IMG/VR virus record: IMGVR_UViG_3300034375_010899
Location: 6,310-70,309 of that record
DNA from: a virus
DNA: 64,000 bases
Strand: one strand, 5' to 3'
Part shown: in pieces, positions 35,601-45,357 of the stretch
Layout of the letters: each line of letters starts with the position of its first letter
Numbering within the stretch: position 1 is the first letter of the stretch
Notes under the pieces: generated by a model
Databases searched by the model: none
The model's input: the letters and a program-made list of their open reading frames with translations, nothing else
What the model was told of the DNA's origin: nothing
Program-made: the position numbers and the translations under genes

Positions 35601-38030
35601 CAATCTAAAGATGATACTTTACCAATTATTGTAGAGTTGAGACCAATGTCTCTTGGATTACCAACTGGAGAAATTTATCCATTCTCACAAATTGTTGTAT
35701 TCCCCGATGATATTGAAATTTCCGAAGATGCTTCAATTCCAACAAGAGTTCAATTTGATGCTCCAGTTTATCTAAAGGGAGAAACTGAACATGCAGTTGT
35801 TATCAAATCTGATTCTACAAATTACTATGCTTGGATTTCTAGACTAGGTGAAGTTGATATTACTACAGCTTCTTTACCAGAATCTGGAAGAACTATAGTT
35901 GCAAGTCAACCAGATATTAGCACAATTGGATCTCTATTCAAGTCACAAAATGCTTCAACTTGGACTCCAAGTCAATTTGAGGACCTGAAGTTTACATTAT
36001 ATTCTGCAGTATTTGAGACTGAAGGAAATGCAAGTTTCTTCAATCCAAATCTCACTAAAAAGAATAAACAGTTCTCAAGATTAAGTAATAATCCTTTAGA
36101 AATTTACTCCAGAAAAATAAAAGTTGATATTTCTGAAACTTTAAATGATGTTGGATTCACTTTTGGCAACACTGTTGTTCAAACAGGAACCAATGCAACT
36201 GGAAATTATGTAGGTGCTACTGGATCTATCGTAAGTATTTCTATTACTAATAGTGGAATTGGTTATACTCCTGCAAATGGAACATCTTTCACATATTTTA
36301 ATGTTCCTTTGGCAAATTCATCATCAGAAGGGAAATTGGCAACAGCGGATATTACTATTGGAAGAGAAGTTTTACCTGATGGATCTTTTAATGATGGAGT
36401 TGCTATTGCTGCAACAATTACATCAACTGGAGTTGGATATCAGAAAGGTGATGTTTTATCCGTTGATCAGTTAGGAAATCAACAATTGGGTAGGAACTTA
36501 CTACTAACTGTTGATGATGTTACTGACTTTAATCAAATTATTATTGACAATGTTCAAGGTAATTTCCAAACGGGAATTGGATTTACTTTAACTTATACAA
36601 ATCCATCGGGAATTAATGTCAATATTAATAATGGCACAACTCCTCCAGTCAATATCACCGAAATAACTGAAATTACAGATGGATTGCATATCAAAGTAAA
36701 TCATCAAAATCATGGAATGCATTCGGAAGTAAATCTTGTTGAATTGTCAAATATTAAACCTGATATTGACCCAGTTTCTTTATCGGAAAATATCCCATCA
36801 AGTGACACTACTTTATCAGCAATTACTGTTTCATCAACCTCGATATTCACAACTTTTGAAAATGAGTTAGTAAGTTCAACAAATCCGGGTTATGTGTTAA
36901 TTGATAGAGAGATTATTAAGTATACTGGTGTTTCTGGCAACCAATTGACTGGTATTGAACGTAAAATTGATTCTCCAGATGGTTCAATTTTAAGAATATC
37001 TTCACCACACTTTGTAGGAGATGATGTATATAAGTATGAGTTGAATGGAGTTTCTTTACTTAGAATTAACAAAACTCATACTTTACAAGATACTGTAGTT
37101 TTGGATCCAATTGGACTAGACTATTATACATTGTACATTGATACTGTGAGACCTGATCCTACATTAAAACCATTATATTTTGCAGAAACTAAGTCAACTG
37201 GAGGATCTACTGTTCTAGCATCAAGCAACATTCAATTTGAAATTATCAAACCAAACGTTGAGACATTTATTCTCCCAAGAACAGGAATATCTGCAGACTT
37301 GAGAACAGTTTCTGCAACAAGCATTGGTGGTGTTGAACCTTCCTTTGTTGATCAAGGGTATCAGAGAGTTGATTTGAATGTAAACAATAATATGAACACA
37401 AGTAGATTAATTTGCTCACTAATCAATGAGCAGACCTATTTGCAAGACCAACCTGCAAATAAATCTCTTGAACTAAGAACTTTCTTGACTACAGAAAATG
37501 ATAGAATCAGTCCTGTTATTGATTTGGATAGAGTTGGTGCAATTTTAGTTTCCAATAGAGTCAATAGACCTATTGAAGATTATATAAATGATTCTAGAAT
37601 TTCTACATTGCAAAAAGATCCTATAGCATTTTATTATGCAACAAAACCAATTTCTCTAGAAGTTCCAGCGACTTCGATAAGAACTTATATTGCTGCATAT
37701 ATTAATAGAAATGCTGATATTAGAGCATTTTATGCTTTAATGAAGGATCCAACTGAAACTCCAATTTATTATCCATTCCCAGGATATTCAAACAAATTAG
37801 TATCTGGAGAAATTATTGATATTACCGACAGTGATGGAACTCCAGATAAATTCGTTCCAAATAATGAGTTATTTGGAAATGGAGATACTGAAAATTATTT
37901 CAAAGATTATGAATTTAGTGTGGATAATTTGGCAGAATTTAGATATTTTAGTATTAAATTGACAGTATCATCCAACATTCAAGTATATCCACCAAAACTA
38001 AGAGATCTTAGAGTAATTGCATTGGCATAA
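29667..38030 (+). CDS. large virion structural protein (DUF4815/VrlC-like)
   Basis: NLNVTPYFDDF, FKPGYPIQSRELTTLQS, APGADRL, RFKSGFFVDNF, DPLAQSF. Confidence 0.85.
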   Translation: MPQETNLNVTPYFDDFDDRKNFYKVLFKPGYPIQSRELTTLQSILQNQIEKFGSHIFKEGSPVLGGNVVYNNYYEGIQVESNYLGISVDSYLENFVGKYLIGQDSQVKARVEFILPADESPTANTIIYVSYRDSSLTENTREFSPGEVLLSEEDVPFISGGVTSIQSGQGVSRVTPQDSSIIGSSVTIASGVYFIRGYFINVNEETILLDPISNNVTYSVGLKVTEDIVTSDDDESLVDNSQGFTNFAAPGADRLSISVSLAKYSITETQDEGYIELFKVVDGSPDKVQRDAEYNLLANEFARRTYDESGDYYVTPFKVDVKESLDNLKGNKGVFKQGQITYGNNTADESLGIYKVSPGKAYIRGFEVEIPNPTFIDFAKPRITKTLQNQSIVYETGATFTLNRVNGTPSLGISTDYTVTLRSERLGSDINAEPGKEIGLARVYDFALESGSYNSVFPFSNEWDITLFDVQPYIELNLNNPITLDVPTFIKGSSSGASAFLKESVVNSGIITAYNVEGKFLRGEKLSFDGIQNNRIIKSFTEYDINDFKSIYASPVGSGVTFSADLVQRPKSFAGSVSISDGSSGISTVTSSDFVFFGNVKENDIVAYSTPGDIVPTYAKVNSVSEKSLVIESVTPVDGVCVSSLPTSNLNVSDFRILKSGLQDSSDNTLYTVFPKDKISSVDLEDSEIIIRKQRIINISNNSSGTIILPANERFLPYDEERYSVVYTGDGATDPLTEDKFLFTLGSQSLQINGLEVSSGTAILTYTIKKLKVSSKVKKRNRVNSIIVDKSKYDYSGVGQTTINDGLEFGNYPYGTRVQDEDICLNFPDVTKLLGVFETSSATDAPTLKSITLDLGALSTANLILGEEIVGQTSNCVAILVERINSNTVSYISLNSSEFTSGEGVSFSDSNVISTISSLNRGNCKDITDNFTFNNGQKSTFYDYGRIIRKERSREPIKKLKIVFESTSIDPADEGSFFTTNSYEQFNYCNIPAYDGLRNYNILDLRPRVTPYTVTAGARSPFESLSNNFINVDNQNTPILASDEDIILDFSYYLPRIDKIILSKEGQFELMIGDPAENPQAPLNLSESLDIATITLPAYFCTNDEVRIDLAKHKRYRMVDIKKLEDRIKNLEYYTTLSLLEKETASFTIKDSNGLDRFKSGFFVDNFTTLISQKSSSVAKNSIDVENSQLRPSVYTTSIDLILGHTNSNGSINFNDEDFDYKSNQSIVGENVRKSVGSVGKGILTLDYSETEEIVQPYATRVENVTPYLVTFYGGVASLNPSSDIWLDPIVLDPIDLGVQQGETQIVEVELDEIPDPNSGWAPVIFGAWETSWTTISAPREVSRGPKYEKNGKWYQDVVYARDKEGFKTRIGDTNRITFSDTSVSYGENIVSIDIATYCRSRNIELVSKKLKPYTQMYTFFDGQRVDEFVVPKLLEVEMISGIFQIGETVRTLKAQDATGNANIRFRLCQPDHRGGRYDSPTEVYSFNPYTRTADVPTSYSESSTFLNIDTFLLAEEAIGESFGYVSSGMLLIGNTSNAIARVQPVRLVTDNVGTVIASLYIPDPSVPKNPKFTTGAKIVRLSSSQSISTVPGLLNSLAEAAFFSKGTIKTTQDSFATIRDTIKEVGTLSQTIPISTTDFSQPVSVEVPAPPPKPQPQPYPTPKPEPSPSPEPKPGPKPSPGPKPGPKPSPGPKPSPGPKPSPGPKPSPGPKPASKKIEQFKLYTVPGTYTFTVPKGVTSIEASGVGAGGGGGYGKGNKPGGGGGGGGVCSKKISVNPGEVLTIQVGSGGRGASSDNKATNGESSFVLGKNIVARGGVGGSSTSKGKGGSNSGGGGKGEDGRYDRDDDDRKGGYGGGAGRRGGGNCGHPKDKDCSSATGGVGGNGIEFAGSGGTNGEVPDCGDRDGGRGGTFGGGGGGGVKNGAGADGSPGAFLLKWKESKDTASSSLIPPVGLDPLAQSFTISAKEGRFVTAIDLFFQSKDDTLPIIVELRPMSLGLPTGEIYPFSQIVVFPDDIEISEDASIPTRVQFDAPVYLKGETEHAVVIKSDSTNYYAWISRLGEVDITTASLPESGRTIVASQPDISTIGSLFKSQNASTWTPSQFEDLKFTLYSAVFETEGNASFFNPNLTKKNKQFSRLSNNPLEIYSRKIKVDISETLNDVGFTFGNTVVQTGTNATGNYVGATGSIVSISITNSGIGYTPANGTSFTYFNVPLANSSSEGKLATADITIGREVLPDGSFNDGVAIAATITSTGVGYQKGDVLSVDQLGNQQLGRNLLLTVDDVTDFNQIIIDNVQGNFQTGIGFTLTYTNPSGINVNINNGTTPPVNITEITEITDGLHIKVNHQNHGMHSEVNLVELSNIKPDIDPVSLSENIPSSDTTLSAITVSSTSIFTTFENELVSSTNPGYVLIDREIIKYTGVSGNQLTGIERKIDSPDGSILRISSPHFVGDDVYKYELNGVSLLRINKTHTLQDTVVLDPIGLDYYTLYIDTVRPDPTLKPLYFAETKSTGGSTVLASSNIQFEIIKPNVETFILPRTGISADLRTVSATSIGGVEPSFVDQGYQRVDLNVNNNMNTSRLICSLINEQTYLQDQPANKSLELRTFLTTENDRISPVIDLDRVGAILVSNRVNRPIEDYINDSRISTLQKDPIAFYYATKPISLEVPATSIRTYIAAYINRNADIRAFYALMKDPTETPIYYPFPGYSNKLVSGEIIDITDSDGTPDKFVPNNELFGNGDTENYFKDYEFSVDNLAEFRYFSIKLTVSSNIQVYPPKLRDLRVIALA
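34611..34806 (+). repeat. Pro-rich coding repeat (PKPSPG)n
   Basis: Tandem CCAAAACCATC(T/C)CCTGGT 18-mers. Confidence 0.9.
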
Positions 38031-38248
38031 TGAAATACAGTAAAATAAAGGGTCACGAGAATCTAATTCGTGACGAAAAAACCAAATCAATCATTAATAC
38101 TAATATTAATGAATATGAAAATTATATTAAAATGAGAAATATAAAACAAACTGAGGTGAAAAGAATTGAAAACATTGAAAATGATTTAAATTCCTTAAAA
38201 AATGATATTAATGAAATTAAAAATCTATTAAGGAGTGCTCTAAAATGA
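38030..38248 (+). CDS. hypothetical coiled-coil protein
   Basis: KIKGHENLIRD..TKSIIN; heptad C-terminus. Confidence 0.75.
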   Translation: MKYSKIKGHENLIRDEKTKSIINTNINEYENYIKMRNIKQTEVKRIENIENDLNSLKNDINEIKNLLRSALK

Positions 38249-38415
38249 TTGATTTGGATTTAGTTGAACTTGAAAATTTCAGTAAAATGTTTGAGTATGA
38301 GAAACTTGCTAGAGATATAGATAGTATAGAAAATATTGAGCAAGCAAAGCATATTGCAAAAGCATTTGTCAAATTATATTTCAAGCAACAAGAAATCGTA
38401 TCTAAATTTACCTAG
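38245..38415 (+). CDS. small helical protein, possibly NblA-like (56 aa)
   Basis: AGGAG RBS, ATGA coupling; ELENFSKMFEYEKLARDIDSIENIEQAKHIAKAFVKLYFKQQE; not in the track. Confidence 0.6.
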   Translation: MIDLDLVELENFSKMFEYEKLARDIDSIENIEQAKHIAKAFVKLYFKQQEIVSKFT

Positions 38416-38421
38416 ATTCTA

Positions 38422-39255
38422 ATGGCAAAACCATCCACAAGACAACAATTAATTGATTATTGTCTACGAAAATTGGGTTATCCAGTTTTGGAAATTAACA
38501 TTGCAGATGAACAGATTGATGATCTTGTGGATGATGCCCTTCAGTTTTTCTACGAAAGGCATTTTGATGGAGTCATTCAGAATTATTTGAAGTATCAAGT
38601 AACTCAAGAAGATATTGATAGGGGAAAGGGAAAGGTTGGTATAACTACAACTTCAGTCAATAACACCATTAATGCTGTAACTACTCAGTTTGACTATAAA
38701 GAAAATAGCAATTATCTACCAATACCCACAAACGTAATTGGAGTTAATAAAATTTTCAAATATGAGGGTGAAAATACTATTTCTGGAAATCTTTTTGGTG
38801 TAAAATATCAATTATTTTTAAATGATTTTTATCAGTGGGGATCTTTAGAACTTCTCACATATTCGATGATAAAAACAAAACTTCAAGACATTGAGTTTTT
38901 ATTGAATACTGATAAGCAAATTAGATTTAATAAGAGACAAGATAGATTGTATCTTGATATTGATTGGAATTCTATCAATGTTGGTGATTACCTTGTTATT
39001 GATTGTTATCAAATAATGGATCCAACTAGTTATAGTGAAGTTTGGAATGATTCTTTCCTAAAACCATATTTAACTGCACTTATGAAGAGGCAGTGGGGAT
39101 ATAATATTTCTAATAAATTCAGAGGTCTCAAACTTCCAGGGGGAGTTGAGTTAGATGGCAGAACTCTTGTTGAAGATGCTCAGAGAGAAATTGATTCTTT
39201 AATGGACAAGATGTCTTCAACTTATGAACTTCCACCTTTAGATATGATAGGATAA
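38422..39255 (+). CDS. g13: neck protein gp13
   Basis: LIDYCLRKLG.PVLEINI, KRQWG, LPGGVELDG. Confidence 0.93.
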   Translation: MAKPSTRQQLIDYCLRKLGYPVLEINIADEQIDDLVDDALQFFYERHFDGVIQNYLKYQVTQEDIDRGKGKVGITTTSVNNTINAVTTQFDYKENSNYLPIPTNVIGVNKIFKYEGENTISGNLFGVKYQLFLNDFYQWGSLELLTYSMIKTKLQDIEFLLNTDKQIRFNKRQDRLYLDIDWNSINVGDYLVIDCYQIMDPTSYSEVWNDSFLKPYLTALMKRQWGYNISNKFRGLKLPGGVELDGRTLVEDAQREIDSLMDKMSSTYELPPLDMIG

Positions 39256-39259
39256 ACTT

Positions 39260-40672
39260 ATGCTTAATCCATTTCTACTAAACGGTTCTAAAAGTGAGCA
39301 GGGAATGCTCCAAGACTTAATCAATGAGTCTCTTAGAATGTATGGTATTGATGTTTACTATTTGCCAAGGCAATTTGTAAATGAGAAATCAATAATAAAA
39401 GAAGTTGTTGAGTCTGAATTTAATACAGCATTTCCAATTGAAGCATATGTAGAATCATATGATGGTTATTCTGGACAAGGAACAATTCTTTCAAAATTTG
39501 GAATCCAAGAGTTGGATGATTTAACTCTTACAATTTCAAAAGAAAGATATGAAAATTATATTCAAAATTTGATACATAAAATTCCAAATTCAAAATTAAC
39601 ATCTAGACCAAAGGAAGGAGATTTGATTTATTTTCCTCTTGGTGATAGATTGTTTGAGATTAAATATGTAGAGCATGAAAAACCATTTTATCAACTTCAG
39701 AAAAATTACGTTTATCAATTGACTTGCGAACTCTTCAGATATGAAGATGAGGTCATTGATACTGATATTGATATTATTGATGATAATGTTCAGGATTATG
39801 GTTACATTCAAACTTTAAATATGATTGGTGCTGGCGTGACTGCCACTGCAACTACAACAGTAGTTAATGGTGGAGTAAGGTCTGTAACAATAACCAATAG
39901 AGGATCTGGATATACAAGTGCTCCTATAGTTAAGTTTTCTTCTCCACCATCGGGAGGAATAAGAGCAACAGGTATTGCTGAAATGATTAGTGGAATAGTT
40001 GATTTTTGTGAGTCTAATCCAAATTTACTAAGAGTTCAAAAGATTTTAATTACAAATCCAGGATCTGGATATGTAAGTGCTCCACAAATTAGTTTTGTTG
40101 GTGGAGAAGGATCTGGTGTTGAAGCAACTGCAGTTATCGGTGATGGAATTATTGGTCCAATAACAGTTACAGAACCAGGATCTGGATACCTAACTCAACC
40201 AACAATTACTTTTACAGGAATATCTACAGTTTCTGCTGCAGCAACAGCAGTATTGTCCAATGGAACAGTAAGTAGTATTCAAATTACCAATGCTGGACTT
40301 GGTTATAATTCTGCACCAGATATTGAAATCAGTGCTCCAAATACTTCAAGTGGAACAGGTACATTTAAATTTAATGAAATAGTTACTGGAAGCGTTTCTG
40401 GAACAACTGGAAGAGTTAAGTATTGGAATATAACATCAAATATTTTAGAAGTTTCAAATATTACAGGAGACTTTAAAGTTGGTGAAACAATTACTGGTTC
40501 AGAATCTAGTGCATCTTATGTTTTAAGAAAAATAAATACAGACAATCTTCCAGATTCTGAGTCTCTAAATAATTCAAATACTGGCGATAAATTTGCAGAT
40601 AATCTTGAAATTGAAACTGAGGCAGATTTAATTTTAGATTTTAGCGAAAAAAATCCATTTGGAACTCCATAA
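39260..40672 (+). CDS. g14: neck protein gp14
   Basis: MYGIDVYYLPR, RPKEGDLIYFP, FYQL, FSEKNPFG. Confidence 0.92.
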   Translation: MLNPFLLNGSKSEQGMLQDLINESLRMYGIDVYYLPRQFVNEKSIIKEVVESEFNTAFPIEAYVESYDGYSGQGTILSKFGIQELDDLTLTISKERYENYIQNLIHKIPNSKLTSRPKEGDLIYFPLGDRLFEIKYVEHEKPFYQLQKNYVYQLTCELFRYEDEVIDTDIDIIDDNVQDYGYIQTLNMIGAGVTATATTTVVNGGVRSVTITNRGSGYTSAPIVKFSSPPSGGIRATGIAEMISGIVDFCESNPNLLRVQKILITNPGSGYVSAPQISFVGGEGSGVEATAVIGDGIIGPITVTEPGSGYLTQPTITFTGISTVSAAATAVLSNGTVSSIQITNAGLGYNSAPDIEISAPNTSSGTGTFKFNEIVTGSVSGTTGRVKYWNITSNILEVSNITGDFKVGETITGSESSASYVLRKINTDNLPDSESLNNSNTGDKFADNLEIETEADLILDFSEKNPFGTP

Positions 40673-40686
40673 TTTAAGAGGTTAAT

Positions 40687-41706
40687 ATGTTTGAATATTA
40701 CTATAATGAAATATTTCGAAAAACAATTATTGGATTCGGAACTCTTTTTAATGCAATAAACATCAAGCATTTTGATGATTCCGGTAATGTTGATTCTGTT
40801 ATTAAAGTCCCTCTTGCATATGGACCGATTCAAAAGTTTCTTGCAAGAATTGAGCAGCAACCAGATTTGAATACTCCAGTTCAAATGACTTTGCCTAGAA
40901 TGTCATTTGAATTTGTTGGTCTTTCTTATGACCCAACAAGAAAACTTACAACAACACAGACATTTATATCAAAATCTTCAACAGACTCTACCGATTTGAA
41001 GAAGACATATATGCCTGTTCCTTATACTATGCAATTTGAACTTAGTATTATGACTAAGTTGAACGATGATATGCTTCAAATAATTGAGCAAATTTTACCA
41101 TATTTTCAACCCTCTTATAATTTAACTATAGACTTGGTAAAATCAATTGGAGAAAAAAGAGATATTTCTGTAGTTTTGGATTCCATTAATATGGAAGATA
41201 ATTATGAGGGAGACTATACAACAAGAAGAGCACTCGTTTATACACTAAGATTTAGTGCAAAGACTTATCTATTTGGTCCCACTTCTTCCGCAAACAAAGA
41301 TATTATCAAAAAAGCAACTGTCAATCTTGTTTCTGGACATTCAAACTCACTATCAAGAGATCTTACATATACAGTTACACCAGTTGCAACTAAGAGTTAC
41401 AGTGATTTAGTAATCACAACATTAAATTCTGATATGACAGAATCATCTACAGAAATCACTGTGCAGCAAGCTTCAAATGTTCCAGTAGATGCATATATTA
41501 CAATTGATAATGAGACTATGAAAGTCGTTAATAAGATTGATAGAACAGATGTTGTTGGACAAGATACTTTAGTTGTTTCTAGAGGACAATATGGGACAAC
41601 TATCACATCACACGTAAGTGGAACTCCAATTGAATTAATTACTCAAGCAGATAATGCATTAATTCAACCTGGAGATGATTTTGGATTTGATGGAAATCTA
41701 TTCTAA
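40687..41706 (+). CDS. g15: tail sheath stabilizer/terminator gp15
   Basis: FGTLFN, VPLAYGP, LPRMSFE, EQILPYFQP. Confidence 0.93.
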   Translation: MFEYYYNEIFRKTIIGFGTLFNAINIKHFDDSGNVDSVIKVPLAYGPIQKFLARIEQQPDLNTPVQMTLPRMSFEFVGLSYDPTRKLTTTQTFISKSSTDSTDLKKTYMPVPYTMQFELSIMTKLNDDMLQIIEQILPYFQPSYNLTIDLVKSIGEKRDISVVLDSINMEDNYEGDYTTRRALVYTLRFSAKTYLFGPTSSANKDIIKKATVNLVSGHSNSLSRDLTYTVTPVATKSYSDLVITTLNSDMTESSTEITVQQASNVPVDAYITIDNETMKVVNKIDRTDVVGQDTLVVSRGQYGTTITSHVSGTPIELITQADNALIQPGDDFGFDGNLF

Positions 41707-41714
41707 GTAAAGAT

Positions 41715-42164
41715 ATGAAAGATTATGATAAGTTGGATGATGTTTTCAATGTTTCTGGGGACATAGTACCTAAAGAGGTTGATATTGAAATTGAAAAATC
41801 TGAAATTGAACCAACTCCAATAGTAGAGAATAAAAGATCTACAGATATTCAAAGAGATTATGAATATGCAAGAGGTACAATATACTCCCTTTTAGAAAAG
41901 GGGCAAGAGGCAATAAATGGTGCTTTAGAACTTGCTCAAGAGACCGAATCTGCTAGGGCATATGAAGTTGCTGGACAGATAATCAAAAGTGTTTCAGATA
42001 CAGCAGATAAACTAATGAATCTGCATAAAGACATTAAAGAAGTTGAAACTGATAAGGCGAAAGGTCCAACCAATGTAACAAATAATGCACTGTTCATTGG
42101 ATCAACTGCAGAGTTGTCAAAATTATTAAAACAACAATCAAAAGATGCTGAGCAAGATAAATAG
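41715..42164 (+). CDS. g16: terminase small subunit gp16
   Basis: DYEYAR, ARAYEV, NNALFIGSTAEL. Confidence 0.9.
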   Translation: MKDYDKLDDVFNVSGDIVPKEVDIEIEKSEIEPTPIVENKRSTDIQRDYEYARGTIYSLLEKGQEAINGALELAQETESARAYEVAGQIIKSVSDTADKLMNLHKDIKEVETDKAKGPTNVTNNALFIGSTAELSKLLKQQSKDAEQDK

Positions 42165-42180
42165 TTAAAAAAGTAAGAAA

Positions 42181-42534
42181 ATGTCTGTTGCTCAAATTAA
42201 TACGATAACTATTGAAAGAGGAACTGATTTTGAGGTTACTTTTGATATTTTTGGCGCAGATTTGTCACCAAACAGTTTTACTAATGGATATACCGGAATT
42301 TTTTCACTGAAAAAATATCCAGGGTCATCTGCAGGGTTTGAAAAGCCAGTAGTTTTTGAACCTGGAACAAATGATATCAAAGTTTCTTTGGCAAAAACTG
42401 AAACCGCAACATTAAAACCTGGTAGAAATTATTTTCAAGTAAGTATAGTTTCTTCTCCATCAGCAGGTTCTCTTACCAATAGAGTTGTAGAAGGTACACT
42501 CATAGTTTCTGAGGAAATTACGAACCATGGCTAG
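42181..42534 (+). CDS. putative structural beta-sandwich protein
   Basis: ITIERGTDF...RVVEGTLIVS; preceded by GATAAATA (42156). Confidence 0.7.
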   Translation: MSVAQINTITIERGTDFEVTFDIFGADLSPNSFTNGYTGIFSLKKYPGSSAGFEKPVVFEPGTNDIKVSLAKTETATLKPGRNYFQVSIVSSPSAGSLTNRVVEGTLIVSEEITNHG

Positions 42535-42862
42535 TTTTAATGTCAAACTAAAGTCGGCAAGTAAATTTAAAGTAGTTTCAAATATTGGAGGTGTTCAAGT
42601 GCCTGCTAGTTTTTCGGATTTGATAGATTTTGATGATGGAAATAGTGGTAATGGAGTTATTGATCAATATGTTCTGATGTATGATGCTAGCAGTCAAAAA
42701 TGGATTGCAAAAAATCCAGATGAAGTTCTCCAATCAGCAGCATTAGAACCTGTACAACCAGGTCTAGTAAATCCAAACCAATTTGGTCCATCTTATGCTG
42801 ATGAGTTTGTTGATGAAATTCAGAGAGAATTGGATCCAAATATTGACGGTGGAACTTTTTAA
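42527..42862 (+). CDS. hypothetical fibre-associated protein
   Basis: VLMYDASSQKW motif; ends DGGTF. Confidence 0.7.
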   Translation: MASFNVKLKSASKFKVVSNIGGVQVPASFSDLIDFDDGNSGNGVIDQYVLMYDASSQKWIAKNPDEVLQSAALEPVQPGLVNPNQFGPSYADEFVDEIQRELDPNIDGGTF

Positions 42863-42909
42863 TTGAGATACATTTTACTAAATAATAGTAGTAAAATTGT
42901 ATAAAAGAA

Positions 42910-45084
42910 ATGGCATCACCCAAGATTCAATTTAAAAGGGGTGCGGCTGGAATTGCAGGAACAGTTCCAGCGTTACACCCAGGTGAACCAGCGTTTTCGA
43001 CAAACAATTTTGATTTTTTTATTGGATTTGATACTTCTGTAACTGGAAACAAGTTTTTCGGATCGCATAGATATTGGACTAGAGAGAATGGAACCAGGTC
43101 AGCTGGTCTTAATTTAGTTGATAACGCAGGAACAAATTATATTCAACTAAAGTCGCCAGATTCTGTTTCTGGTATTGGAACATATATTCTTCCAGATACT
43201 AGCAGCATTACAGATGGATATTTTCTCAAGGTTGCTGCGGATGGAACTCTTTCTTGGGATACTGCTGGCGGAACAAATGGAACATTTACAAATCCCACCC
43301 TACAAGGGATTACAACAATAACTTCCAATGGAGGAGATGCTTTCCTTGATGTAAATGTTCTTGCAGATTTTAGTGCAGGTGCAAATTTCACTAATGCTGG
43401 CGTTACTACAATCGCAACTGCCGATATAAATGGTGGTAACATTGATGGAACTATAATCGGTGCGGCTACAAGTGCTGCAGGCACATTTACAAATCTAATA
43501 GGTGGTGCTACAACACTTACATCTTTGACATTAGATGGTGGCACTGCAATTACATCAGTAGATACAGATTTAAGTTCCGTATCAAGTTCAGATGATACTC
43601 TTGCTTCTGCTAAGGCAATCAAAACATATGTCGATGAACAGATAACAGCACAAGATCTTGACTTCGCTGGTGACAGCGGAAATGGTGCTGTTGATCTTGA
43701 CTCTCAATCACTGACAATTTCTGGTACTGCCAACGAAATAGAAACAACTGGTGCTGGAACCACACTCACAATTGGTCTTCCAAACGCTGTTTCAGTTACA
43801 ACATCATTAACTGTTGGCGCTGCCGTCACAATTAGTTCTTCTGGTGTTAATGCTGGAGTTAATAGTATTACAGCACAAGATCTTTATGGACATCTTGATG
43901 CTGGTTATTTAGATATTGTTAATTCGGGATTAAGTACTTTAACTGCACTTGCAGATCAAGATGATTTTGTAGTATTTGATCTTGATGGAACAGTTAATAA
44001 ACTAATTTCTGCAGAATATATTCGTAAATATGTTTACGATAATCTTAGCGGAGACATTAGTGTTGATGGATTAACTGGTATAACTACTATTGCAAATGAC
44101 GCAGTTGGACTTGGAACTCAAACAACTGGTCAGTATGCCAAAACCGTTGTTGGTGGTGAGGGTCTGACTGCCACTACAGCAAACTCTGATGATGCTACTA
44201 ACTATACAATTGACGTTAATGTTGGAACTGGTATCACCATTACATCTGATGCAGTTACATTAAAAGGTGCTGCTTCTTTAACAGATAATACTGTTCCATT
44301 TTGGGATGATACGAACGGTCAATTGTCTGATAGCATTATAAGTACAGCGACTGTTGGAGGAGCTACAACAATTACAATTGGTGGTCACCTCAACGTAACT
44401 GGAGATTTTAATGGTGTTATTACTGCAGCGTCTCGTGCTGATAGGGTAGATACCACTGGAGATACTACTGATGCAACTTATTACATGCTCTTTGCAGATA
44501 CTTCTGCAGGAGAAGTGGGCGAGACTGTAAGAGTTAGTGCTGCTGCATCACTCAATCCAAGTGGAACTGGCACATTTAGTGTTGGAACAATTCAAGCAGG
44601 ATCTATTAAGTCAACGACTGGATCTAATGCAATTACAATCAATACTTCCGGATCTGTTGAAACTGCAGGAGATTTAACTGTTGCTGGAAACTTGATTGTT
44701 AATGGATCAACAACTCAAGTAAATACATCAGAAATTACAGTTGAAGATCGCACCATTGAACTTGGTGTTGTTAATGGAGCACTTCCAACAGATACCACTT
44801 GGGATCTTGGAATTCTGATGAATTATGGTGATGCTGGAGTTGGAAAAACTTCTGCTGTTATTTGGGAAGCAACTTCTGGAAGATTTAAACTTGCCGCTGA
44901 TTTGGATGAGACTGTTGGAATTACTACAAACGCTCCACAGATTAATGTTTCAACATATGCACCAATTGAGATTTCAGAACTTTGGATTAATAATTCCTGC
45001 ACGGGTGGGTCATCGCAAGTAATTGCTTGTTCTGGTTCCGAATTGGTTCTTCAAAACATTACAGTTGACGGTGGATCATTCTGA
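42910..45084 (+). CDS. tail fibre-like protein
   Basis: IQFKRG..P.L.PGEP N-terminus; SAKAIKTYVD and GNLIVNGSTTQVN repeats. Confidence 0.75.
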   Translation: MASPKIQFKRGAAGIAGTVPALHPGEPAFSTNNFDFFIGFDTSVTGNKFFGSHRYWTRENGTRSAGLNLVDNAGTNYIQLKSPDSVSGIGTYILPDTSSITDGYFLKVAADGTLSWDTAGGTNGTFTNPTLQGITTITSNGGDAFLDVNVLADFSAGANFTNAGVTTIATADINGGNIDGTIIGAATSAAGTFTNLIGGATTLTSLTLDGGTAITSVDTDLSSVSSSDDTLASAKAIKTYVDEQITAQDLDFAGDSGNGAVDLDSQSLTISGTANEIETTGAGTTLTIGLPNAVSVTTSLTVGAAVTISSSGVNAGVNSITAQDLYGHLDAGYLDIVNSGLSTLTALADQDDFVVFDLDGTVNKLISAEYIRKYVYDNLSGDISVDGLTGITTIANDAVGLGTQTTGQYAKTVVGGEGLTATTANSDDATNYTIDVNVGTGITITSDAVTLKGAASLTDNTVPFWDDTNGQLSDSIISTATVGGATTITIGGHLNVTGDFNGVITAASRADRVDTTGDTTDATYYMLFADTSAGEVGETVRVSAAASLNPSGTGTFSVGTIQAGSIKSTTGSNAITINTSGSVETAGDLTVAGNLIVNGSTTQVNTSEITVEDRTIELGVVNGALPTDTTWDLGILMNYGDAGVGKTSAVIWEATSGRFKLAADLDETVGITTNAPQINVSTYAPIEISELWINNSCTGGSSQVIACSGSELVLQNITVDGGSF

Positions 45085-45139
45085 TAATTTAATTAAATAA
45101 TTTCAATAAATACACTCAGTTTACTGGGTGTATTTTTTT

Positions 45140-45331
45140 ATGTCTGAAGAAGATTTAAAAGCAATAGTAGCAAAATATCAACAAAAAGCATTTGACCTTT
45201 TTAATAAGACAATAGTGTTAGAAACTCAGGTAGAGACTCTGACACAGGCAAATACATCTCTACAAAATGAGTTGGAAAAATTAAAAAAAACGAAAAGAAC
45301 AACTAAAACAGGATCTGAAGATTTTCAATAA
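45140..45331 (+). CDS. small coiled-coil protein
   Basis: ATG 45140; heptad pattern. Confidence 0.7.
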   Translation: MSEEDLKAIVAKYQQKAFDLFNKTIVLETQVETLTQANTSLQNELEKLKKTKRTTKTGSEDFQ

Positions 45332-45349
45332 TCTGAATTAGTTTGACAC

Positions 45350-45357
45350 TATAAATA
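45350..45357 (+). promoter_or_regulatory. late promoter
   Basis: TATAAATA. Confidence 0.75.
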
